From an uncultured Candidatus Saccharibacteria bacterium (lineage in GTDB: Bacteria; Patescibacteriota; Minisyncoccia; Portnoybacterales; UBA2143), in the NCBI GenBank assembly GCA_964346955.1, contig CAYFWT010000013.1, positions 1 to 29,022 on the forward strand: a stretch of 29,022 nt of DNA. The letters run 5' to 3'. Every line of letters begins with the position of its first letter. Positions within the stretch are counted from its first letter, which is position 1. The translations under genes and the position numbers were made by a program. Below, piece by piece: positions 22,548 through 29,022 of this stretch. The notes beneath the pieces are model-generated. The model was not told the origin of the DNA. It searched no databases and saw only the letters and a program-made list of their open reading frames with translations.

Positions 22548-22640
22548 GAAATCACAAACCACAAACCACAAATCACAAAACACAAACAGTTTGTAATTTG
22601 GAAATTGGAATTTGTTTGTAATTTGGTGCTTGTGATTTGG
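22548..22640. repeat. About 93 bp imperfect palindrome built from (CAAAYCACAAA)n / (TTTGTAATTTGG)n low-complexity units
   Basis: The left arm GAAATCACAAACCACAAACCACAAATCACAAAACACAAAC is nearly the reverse complement of the right arm GTTTGTAATTTGGAAATTGGAATTTGTTTGTAATTTGGTGCTTGTGATTTGG. Confidence 0.6.
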
Positions 22641-22720
22641 AATTTTATTTTACCGTGGCCTTTAGGCTCCGCTCTAAAGAATCCATACTTTTTCCTCAAG
22701 AAAGGAAACAGCAGAAGCTA

Positions 22721-22984
22721 ATGATAGCTTTGGCAGGGTTAATTTTAACAACTTTTGCTATTTTGTATTTTGGGTTTTTTCGCTCACCCGCGCCTCCGGG
22801 CCCGTCTGATGGCGAACCAGGCCCCTCTGAAAGGCCTACGGTTAGGCCGGAAGAAGTGATTAAAAAAATCGAGTTTGATATTAGTTTCTTAAAAGAGCCT
22901 GACTTCCGAGCTTTAAAAATTTACGGAGAATGGCCTATTGAGATAGAAGAGAAAGGCCGAAAGAACCCATTTTCACCATATTAA
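22721..22984 (+). CDS. Small membrane-anchored protein with a Pro-rich linker (possible PilP-like accessory protein)
   Basis: The ATG at 22721 is preferred because the track ORF upstream part overlaps the repeat. TM helix IALAGLILTTFAILYFGFF, linker SPAPPGPSDGEPGPSERPTVRPEE, and an approximately 45 aa C-terminal domain. Confidence 0.4.
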   Translation: MIALAGLILTTFAILYFGFFRSPAPPGPSDGEPGPSERPTVRPEEVIKKIEFDISFLKEPDFRALKIYGEWPIEIEEKGRKNPFSPY

Positions 22985-23059
22985 AATTAGTAAGCAACAA
23001 GCAATATTTAATTTATTAATTAATCTGTTTTTGTTTAATATTCTTTGTTTGTTGTCACG

Positions 23060-24688
23060 ATGGCTAATCAAAATGACAATCTGAAAGAAGTAGAGACAGT
23101 TAAAGCTAAAGCTAGGGCGTTGAAAGTTCCTTTTATGGATTTAACCGGCAGAGAAGTTCCGGTTGAAGTTTTGAAAGAAATTTCTGAAGAAGCAGCTGCT
23201 TTTTATAAATTTATTCCCTTATCCAGACATGAGAATATTCTTGAAGTGGGAATGGTTAATCCTGATAACCTTAAAGCAAAGGAGGCTTTAAGGTTTATTA
23301 CTCGCCGCAGTGGATTGGAAGCAAAGATATTTCTTGTTACCCCGACTGACTTTAAAAACATCTTGAAGCAATATCGAACTCTTCGAATCGAAGTGCAAAA
23401 GGCACTCAAAGAGCTGGAGAAAGAATTGAAGCCAAAGAAAGGAAAGGTGCCGGTTGCGGAGAGAGCCAAGGAGCTAGCCGAGAAAATTGTCGCTGAAGCA
23501 CCGATAACTAAAATAGTGGCAGTTATTTTAAGGCATGCTACCGAAGGTCGAGCTTCTGATATCCATATCGAAGCGATTGAAGAGAAAGTAAAAGTTCGTT
23601 TTAGAGTTGACGGAGTCCTTTATACCAGTCTTTTCTTGCCCAAAGAAGTTCATTCGGCGATTATTTCCCGGATTAAAATACTTTCTAATTTAAAGATTGA
23701 TGAGACGAGGATACCACAAGATGGCCGATTTAATACTTTTATTGCTGGAAAGAAGATTGATTTTCGGGTCTCTACTTTGCCAACGGCCGGCGGAGAAAAG
23801 GCAGCTTTAAGGGTGCTGGACCCAACGATTGGCTTAAGAAGTTTCGCTGAGCTAGGTCTCCAAGGATACAATCTCGAACTTTTAGAGACGTCTATTCAAC
23901 AGCCATTTGGCATGATTCTGATTACTGGGCCAACTGGTTCTGGTAAAACCACTACTCTTTATGCTATTTTGAATAAATTGAATCAAGAGGGGGTTAATAT
24001 TATCAGTCTAGAGGACCCGGTGGAGTATTACATTGAGGGGATTAACCAATCTCAAATTAGGCCAGAGATAGGTTATAACTTCGCTTCTGGCTTGCGGCAT
24101 ATTCTTAGGCAAGATCCTGATATTATTATGGTTGGTGAGATTAGAGATGAGGAAACAGCCGGCTTAGCTATTCACGCTGCCTTGACTGGTCACATTCTTC
24201 TTTCTACTTTGCATACTAATAATGCTATTGGAGTTATCCCTCGTTTAGTCGATATGGGCATCGGTGCATTCCTCTTGCCCACTTCCCTAAATCTAGCTAT
24301 TGCTCAACGTTTGACCAGACGACTCTGTGAGCATTGTAAAAAAGAAGTAACTGCTCCTTCTCAAGCGAGCGAAATAATTGAGGAAGAGTTAGCTGAATTA
24401 AGCCCGGCCCGAAAGAAAGAATTCCCTTGGCGAAAACCATTTAAAGTTTATCGAGCTACCGGATGTAAATTTTGTGGAGGAAAAGGAACTAAAGGTCGAA
24501 TTGCTCTTTTTGAGATGATCACGATGACCCCTCAATTAGAGCTAATTATTAACGAAGGCCCAACCGAGGCAAAGATAAAGGAGGAAGCTCAGCGCCAAGG
24601 GATGATTACTATGAAACAGGATGGCGCCTCAAAAGTTCTTCAGGGCCTTATCTCTTTCGAGGAAATGCTTAAGGTAGTTGAGGAGTAA
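23060..24688 (+). CDS. pilB: Type IV pilus assembly ATPase PilB (GspE family)
   Basis: Walker A GPTGSGKTT. Tetracysteine motif CEHCKK ... GCKFCGG. GspE N-terminal domain. ATG at 23060 (MANQNDN). Confidence 0.9.
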   Translation: MANQNDNLKEVETVKAKARALKVPFMDLTGREVPVEVLKEISEEAAAFYKFIPLSRHENILEVGMVNPDNLKAKEALRFITRRSGLEAKIFLVTPTDFKNILKQYRTLRIEVQKALKELEKELKPKKGKVPVAERAKELAEKIVAEAPITKIVAVILRHATEGRASDIHIEAIEEKVKVRFRVDGVLYTSLFLPKEVHSAIISRIKILSNLKIDETRIPQDGRFNTFIAGKKIDFRVSTLPTAGGEKAALRVLDPTIGLRSFAELGLQGYNLELLETSIQQPFGMILITGPTGSGKTTTLYAILNKLNQEGVNIISLEDPVEYYIEGINQSQIRPEIGYNFASGLRHILRQDPDIIMVGEIRDEETAGLAIHAALTGHILLSTLHTNNAIGVIPRLVDMGIGAFLLPTSLNLAIAQRLTRRLCEHCKKEVTAPSQASEIIEEELAELSPARKKEFPWRKPFKVYRATGCKFCGGKGTKGRIALFEMITMTPQLELIINEGPTEAKIKEEAQRQGMITMKQDGASKVLQGLISFEEMLKVVEE

Positions 24689-24706
24689 TGAAAAGCGAGC
24701 AACGGA

Positions 24707-25159
24707 ATGAATATTCGACAGTCAGCAATAAAAAAGAGCGGCGGTTTTACCTTAATTGAACTTTTGGTGGTGGTCTTTATAGTTGCCCTCTTAGCTGTGC
24801 TAATTTTGATTAATATTAGCGCCATCAGAACTAAGAGTAGAGATTCTCGTCGGGTGGCTGATATTAAATCTATTCAAGAGGGATTGGCTATGTATCATAA
24901 TAATCATCAGGAATATCCAGACTCTGGCGGAGCTCCCATTGAGATTAATGGTAGCAGCGATGCTCTTTCCCAGGCCTTAATTAACGAAGATGTAATGCGA
25001 GGGGTGCCCACCGATCCTCTGAATAATACTGTAGGAGGAGTGCCCTATAAATATTTTTATGAGTCACTTGATAGTGAGAGAGACTATCAGTTAGAATATT
25101 ATTTAGAGACAGATTCAATTCTCGGCAAATCTCAGGGGCTAAATATAGCCACTCCATAA
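24707..25159 (+). CDS. Type IV pilin (prepilin with class III signal peptide), no Cys pair
   Basis: Leader MNIRQSAIKKSGG, then [21 protein letters not shown] with Glu at position +5. The conserved ARxKSRDSRRVADIKSIQEGLAMY block is present. Confidence 0.8.
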   Translation: MNIRQSAIKKSGGFTLIELLVVVFIVALLAVLILINISAIRTKSRDSRRVADIKSIQEGLAMYHNNHQEYPDSGGAPIEINGSSDALSQALINEDVMRGVPTDPLNNTVGGVPYKYFYESLDSERDYQLEYYLETDSILGKSQGLNIATP

Positions 25160-25173
25160 TAATAAATAATAAG

Positions 25174-25563
25174 ATGAAAAAGATATTAATTATTGAAGAT
25201 GATCCCTTTCTCAATGAAGTCTACGCCGCTAAGTTTAGCCAGAGTGGTTTTCAGACAGAAGTGGCTCTTGATGGCAAAAAAGGTATGGAGAAAATCAAAG
25301 CCGATAAGCCTGATTTGATTATTTTAGACATTGTTTTGCCTAAAATGGATGGTTTTGAATTATTAAAGAAAGTTAAAGAAGACTCAAAATTAAAAGAGAT
25401 TCCAATTGTTCTTTTAACTAATCTTGGTCAAAAAAATGAAGTAGAGAAGGGCTTAGCCTTGGGGGCTGATGACTATATTATTAAGGCTCATTTTACACCA
25501 ACAGCTATTGTTGCTAAAGTGAAAGAGATATTAAATCAAAAAAGAGCGAATAATAAACAATGA
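25174..25563 (+). CDS. Single-domain CheY-like response regulator (PilH/PilG-like)
   Basis: Receiver domain with acidic pocket EDD, phospho-acceptor D in LIILDIVLP, and T/K residues. Its stop overlaps the pilT start as ATGA. Confidence 0.85.
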   Translation: MKKILIIEDDPFLNEVYAAKFSQSGFQTEVALDGKKGMEKIKADKPDLIILDIVLPKMDGFELLKKVKEDSKLKEIPIVLLTNLGQKNEVEKGLALGADDYIIKAHFTPTAIVAKVKEILNQKRANNKQ

Positions 25564-26636
25564 ATACTGGACAATATAAAAAACAATTTGAAGAGATTCT
25601 AGACCTGGCTATAGAAAGGGGGGCGACTGATGTTCATCTTTCGGCTGGTCGGCCGCCAATTATTCGAATTAGTAGCCAATTGACTCCTTTAGCTAAAAGA
25701 CCAGTCTTAACTCCTCAAGATACCCAAGAATTAGGTTTTGCTCTTTTATCCGAGGAGCGAAAAGAACAATTCCTTAAACAAAAGGACATTGATTTATCTT
25801 TCACCTATAAAGATAAAGCTCGTTTCAGAGTAAATGTTTACCAGCAGGTGGGACGAATTAGTGTAGCTTTGCGTTTAATTCCAACTAAAATTAGAACTAT
25901 TGAAGAATTGCATTTGCCAGCTGTTTGCCACCAATTTGCCAGAGCGCCTCAAGGATTTTTTTTAGTGGTTGGTCCTTCTGGTCAGGGAAAGTCTACTGCT
26001 TTGGCCGCTTTAATTGATGAAATAAATCATACTCGTTATGACCATGTTATTACTATTGAGGACCCCATAGAATATCTGTTCGTTCAAGATAAATGTATTA
26101 TCGATCAAAGAGAAATAGGCGAGGATGTTTTGACCTTCCATCGAGGTTTGCGAGAGGTTTTCCGTCAGGACCCAGATGTGATTATGATTGGCGAGATGCG
26201 CGACCCGGAGACTATTAGTAGCGCGGTGACGGCGGCCGAGACTGGTCATTTAGTTTTAACTACCCTTCACACTAATACGGCCGCTCAGACTATTGATCGA
26301 ATTATCGATACTTTCCCTCCTCACCAGCAGAATCAGATTCGGATGCAGTTAGCAGCCACTATTTTAGGGATTCTTTCTCGTCGGTTAATCCCTTGCTTAA
26401 AAGGAGAGGTGATTAATGCAGTGGAGTTGATGATGGCCAATTCAGCTATTAGAAATTTAATTCGGGAAGGAAAAACCCACCAGATAGATATGATTATTGA
26501 AACCAGTTCAGGGGAAGGAATGATTTCTTTAAATCGTTCTTTAGCTAATTTAGTTACTCAAAAGTTAATTTCTTTAGAGAATGCCCAACGCCATTCGACT
26601 GATATTTCAGAACTGAGAATGTTACTTAAGAAATAA
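25560..26636 (+). CDS. pilT: Twitching motility ATPase PilT
   Basis: Walker A GPSGQGKST. PilT-type motifs (ITIEDPIEY, AAETGHLVLTTLHTN). Confidence 0.9.
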   Translation: MNTGQYKKQFEEILDLAIERGATDVHLSAGRPPIIRISSQLTPLAKRPVLTPQDTQELGFALLSEERKEQFLKQKDIDLSFTYKDKARFRVNVYQQVGRISVALRLIPTKIRTIEELHLPAVCHQFARAPQGFFLVVGPSGQGKSTALAALIDEINHTRYDHVITIEDPIEYLFVQDKCIIDQREIGEDVLTFHRGLREVFRQDPDVIMIGEMRDPETISSAVTAAETGHLVLTTLHTNTAAQTIDRIIDTFPPHQQNQIRMQLAATILGILSRRLIPCLKGEVINAVELMMANSAIRNLIREGKTHQIDMIIETSSGEGMISLNRSLANLVTQKLISLENAQRHSTDISELRMLLKK

Positions 26637-26653
26637 AGGGCTTGGCCTAAAAA

Positions 26654-26777
26654 TGACAGCAAGGCTGTCATCCTGAGGGCGAAGCCCGAAGGATCCCGTT
26701 CTATAACCACGAGATCCTTCGCTAATGCTCAGGATGACAATTTTGTTGCCAAATCAAAGATTTGGACAAAATTGTCA
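26654..26777 (+). promoter_or_regulatory. GC-rich spacer with three overlapping, mutually exclusive hairpins, ending at the pilC start
   Basis: H1: TGACAGC-AAG-GCTGTCA (26654-26670). H2: GTCATCCTGAG ... CGAAGGATC / GATCCTTCG ... CTCAGGATGAC (26667-26738), with an internal GGC-GAA-GCC. H3: TGACAATTTTGT-TGCCAAATC-AAA-GATTTGGACAAAATTGTCA (26735-26777). H1/H2 and H2/H3 share bases. Confidence 0.45.
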
Positions 26778-26783
26778 ATTGGC

Positions 26784-27989
26784 ATGCAATATAGTTATTT
26801 AGCCCGAACTCGTAAAGGAGAGATTCAAACTGGGACTGTCGAAGCTCCTAATCAATCAATGGCTCTTCAGATTCTGCAAGGTCGTAATTTGATAGTGATT
26901 AAGCTGGCTGCCATTGAGAAGGCGTCTCTTTTAAGTAGAAAGATTAAAATCTTTGAGCGGGTCAAACGCAAAGAGCTTTTTATCTTTTTTCGGCAGCTAG
27001 CTACTTTAGTAGAAGCCGACGTACCCTTAGTCCAGTCTTTAAGGTCTCTCGCCCAACAGGTGGAGGGTGGTTATTTTGGGGGGATTATTTGGGCAGTAGC
27101 TGATGATGTAGATGGGGGGGCACTTTTTTCTAAGGCCCTAGCTAGGTATCCTAAAATATTTTCTGAGTTTTGTGTAAATTTAATTAAATCAGGAGAGGTT
27201 TCTGGTCAACTTCAGGAAAGTCTAACTTATTTAGCCGACCACCTAGAGAAAGAGTATTCTATTATTTCCAGAGTCCGCCGGGCGATGATGTATCCAGCTT
27301 TTATTTTTATCACTTTTGCTATTGTTGGTATTTTAGTCATGGTCATGGTCATGCCTGGTTTGGCCTCTATATTAGAAGAGGCGGGTCAGGAATTGCCTTT
27401 GCCGACCCGAGTTCTTATCACGGTTAGCGAATTTATTAGAAGTCGAGGCTGGCTTCTTCTCATTGCCTTAATTATTTTAAGCATAGTCTTTTGGCGATAT
27501 TTAAACACAGAGATGGGTAGAGGCCAGTGGGACAGACTTAAATTAAAGTTACCTATTTTGGGAAATATTTTTCAAAAAACTTGTTTAGCTCGTTTAGCTG
27601 ATAGTTTGAATGCCTTAATTAAGGGCGGTGTTTCGATTATTCAAAGTTTAACTGTCGCCGGTCGGGTTATTGGCAATACTGTTTATCGAGATATTATTTT
27701 CCAAACCAGAGATGAAGTAAAAGTAGGTAAAAGCATTAGCTCTTCTTTAGAAAGATATGAGGAATTCCCACCTTTATTTTGCCAGATGATTAAAACCGGG
27801 GAACGGACAGGTAAATTAGATACTATTTTAGAAAAGTTGAGTATTTTTTATAATAGAGAAGTAGAGAATATCGTTGAGAATCTAAGTCAGTTAATCGAGC
27901 CTATCCTGATTGTTTGTTTAGGGATAGCGGTAAGTATTTTAGTTTTCGCTGTTTATATGCCTATTTATAATTTGGCTGGGAGTCTCTAG
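26784..27989 (+). CDS. pilC: Type IV pilus inner-membrane platform protein PilC (GspF family)
   Basis: Two T2SS-F domains and three TM segments. The ATG at 26784 (MQYSYLARTRKGE) is preferred over the track's TTG at 26772. Confidence 0.85.
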   Translation: MQYSYLARTRKGEIQTGTVEAPNQSMALQILQGRNLIVIKLAAIEKASLLSRKIKIFERVKRKELFIFFRQLATLVEADVPLVQSLRSLAQQVEGGYFGGIIWAVADDVDGGALFSKALARYPKIFSEFCVNLIKSGEVSGQLQESLTYLADHLEKEYSIISRVRRAMMYPAFIFITFAIVGILVMVMVMPGLASILEEAGQELPLPTRVLITVSEFIRSRGWLLLIALIILSIVFWRYLNTEMGRGQWDRLKLKLPILGNIFQKTCLARLADSLNALIKGGVSIIQSLTVAGRVIGNTVYRDIIFQTRDEVKVGKSISSSLERYEEFPPLFCQMIKTGERTGKLDTILEKLSIFYNREVENIVENLSQLIEPILIVCLGIAVSILVFAVYMPIYNLAGSL

Positions 27990-28102
27990 TTATTAAGACT
28001 CCAGAATCAGGGATAGTCTCTTTTCCTAAAAAGGACTTTCTCTGGCAAAGGTCGAAAGTTAAAAAAATAAAATCTATCCACCAATGAAAGGAGGTGAAAA
28101 AG

Positions 28103-28552
28103 ATGCTAGAGTTTTTTAGCCGAAAAAGAGGAGAGAAAGGTTTTACTTTAATTGAGCTTTTGGTAGTTATTGCCATTATTGGAATCTTAGCCACTATTGT
28201 TTTGGTTTCCTTAAATACCGCCAGACAGAAAGCTCGTGATACCCGGCGAATTAGTGACATGAGACAAATCGCTTTGGCTTTAGAGATGTATTTTGATGAC
28301 AATCCTACAACCGGTTATCCGAACGCTCCCTGGGCGACCATGGAAGGTGCCATCGAAGGTGGCGGTTATATGACTTCTGTCCCTGCTGACCCAGGAACAA
28401 ATACTTACGAATATGGCGTGTCTGGCGATAACATGGATTATGTTTTGAATGCCACTTTAGAAGATTCTAATCACACTGCCTTAAATGATGATGTTGATGG
28501 GACTGTTTATGGGGTAGGCTGTGCTGACCCAGAATACTGTATCGAGCCTTAA
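28103..28552 (+). CDS. pilA: Type IV major pilin (PilA-like) with a C-terminal disulfide loop
   Basis: SD AAAGGAGGTG sits 6 nt before the ATG at 28103 (the track start 28094 is an in-frame GTG). Leader [13 protein letters not shown], then [24 protein letters not shown] with E+5. Conserved [24 protein letters not shown] block. C-terminal [10 protein letters not shown]. Confidence 0.8.
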   Translation: MLEFFSRKRGEKGFTLIELLVVIAIIGILATIVLVSLNTARQKARDTRRISDMRQIALALEMYFDDNPTTGYPNAPWATMEGAIEGGGYMTSVPADPGTNTYEYGVSGDNMDYVLNATLEDSNHTALNDDVDGTVYGVGCADPEYCIEP

Positions 28553-28566
28553 TTTAGTTTAACTGG

Positions 28567-28702
28567 ACAGCCTGATAGCCAAGAACCCAGCTCTTTCTAA
28601 GAATTTGTTAGTTTTTCAATTGCTGTTAAATCGGTGCTATTTTCTTGTCTCAATAGAACTAACAAGCTTTTAGAAAGGGCTGGGTTAAGGTTGTCAGGCT
28701 GT
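28567..28702 (+). terminator. Long imperfect inverted repeat (about 47 nt arms, 42 nt loop) after pilA, followed by a U-rich tract
   Basis: The arm ACAGCCTGATAGCCAAGAACCCAGCTCTTTCTAAGAATTTGTTAGTT pairs with the arm AACTAACAAGCTTTTAGAAAGGGCTGGGTTAAGGTTGTCAGGCTGT (perfect segments of 9, 6, 8 and 9 bp), then TTTGTATATTGT. Confidence 0.4.
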
Positions 28703-28720
28703 TTGTATATTGTCATCAGG

Positions 28721-28737
28721 CCAGGGATTGTCCCTGG
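28721..28737. repeat. CCAGGGATTGTCCCTGG palindrome (AGGGAC-N-GTCCCT family) 7 bp upstream of pilD
   Basis: Perfect 7 bp arms CCAGGGA / TCCCTGG. Same core as 12285, 12299, 19428 and 19452. Confidence 0.6.
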
Positions 28738-28743
28738 ATTCCT

Positions 28744-29022
28744 ATGTTCTATATCTTAATTTTTCTCTTCGGCCTCTCTGTTGGCAGTTTTCTCAATGTA
28801 GTTATTTGTCGCTTAGAGACCAAGAAGTTAATTTCATTTAGTCGCTCTCGTTGTCCCCGATGCGGCACTCTTTTGAAATGGTATGATTTAATCCCAGTTT
28901 TAAGTTTTATTTTAACTCGAGGCAACTGCCGCTATTGTGGCCAGAGAATTAGTTGGCAGTACCCTATGGTTGAATTAGCCACGGGGTTGCTATTTCTTTT
29001 AATTTTCCATTACCAATTGGCC
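28744..29022 (+). CDS. pilD: Prepilin peptidase PilD (A24 family), N-terminal part; continues beyond the window
   Basis: MFYILIFLFGLSVGSFLNVVICRL ... SRCPRCGTLLKWYDLIPVLSFILTRGNCRYCGQRISWQYPMVELATG: the GSFLN, CPxC...CxxC zinc-binding and YPxVEL motifs of PilD. It is not in the ORF track because no stop codon falls within the window. Confidence 0.85.
   Translation, partial: MFYILIFLFGLSVGSFLNVVICRLETKKLISFSRSRCPRCGTLLKWYDLIPVLSFILTRGNCRYCGQRISWQYPMVELATGLLFLLIFHYQLA

Noticed and set aside
1339-22640. CRISPR array made of the short repeats
   Set aside because: The repeat units are variable in length and sequence, are not regularly spaced by unique spacers, and partly lie inside genes. No cas genes are present.
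22637-22720. Upstream extension of the small post-pilO ORF
   Set aside because: This part is encoded by the low-complexity palindrome. The hydrophobic N-terminus begins at the ATG at 22721.
26654-26777. c-di-GMP-I (GEMM) riboswitch upstream of pilC
   Set aside because: There is no GNRA tetraloop and receptor arrangement or ACGCAAAGC-like conserved core. The structure is reported as a generic switch candidate instead.
28020-28102. sigma54 (-24/-12) promoter upstream of the major pilin
   Set aside because: TGGCAAAGGTCGAAAG does not place GG and GC 10 nt apart, so there is no convincing RpoN site. A sigma70-type promoter is probable but not assignable.

Overview
A 29 kb low-GC bacterial window (roughly 35-40% GC, with several GC-richer islands) is densely packed with genes. 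TTG and GTG start codons are frequent, Shine-Dalgarno sequences are patchy, and none of the tRNA genes encode CCA. By inference only, this resembles a small-genome, Patescibacteria/CPR-like organism. Housekeeping genes are the gyrA 3' end, valS, tsaD, recG, five tRNA genes and a DksA/TraR regulator. The window also holds an hsp20 - PrsW-like protease pair, VanW, a processive GT2 glycosyltransferase and an SPFH/band-7 operon. Three tandem small secreted two-helix proteins with VirB2/TrbC-like (T4SS-pilin-like) topology sit next to a solute-binding lipoprotein. The right-hand third is a near-complete type IV pilus / competence block: comFC, pilM, pilN, pilO, a small protein, pilB, a pilin, a CheY-like regulator, pilT, pilC, a major pilin and pilD. 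Two families of short DNA repeats occur both between genes and as in-frame insertions inside essential genes (tsaD, valS, comFC): an AGGGAC-N-GTCCCT palindrome, and an AT-rich GGAAATT/TTTGTAATTTGG low-complexity module ending in a perfect hairpin. Several intergenic regions are strongly structured: a 170 bp element with 26 bp terminal inverted repeats, the hsp20 leader, the pilT-pilC spacer and the region downstream of pilA. A 25 bp exact inverted repeat pair brackets a 7.2 kb segment, and a 25 bp tRNA-Ser 5' fragment is duplicated. No CRISPR array, rRNA gene or recognisable transposase was seen.
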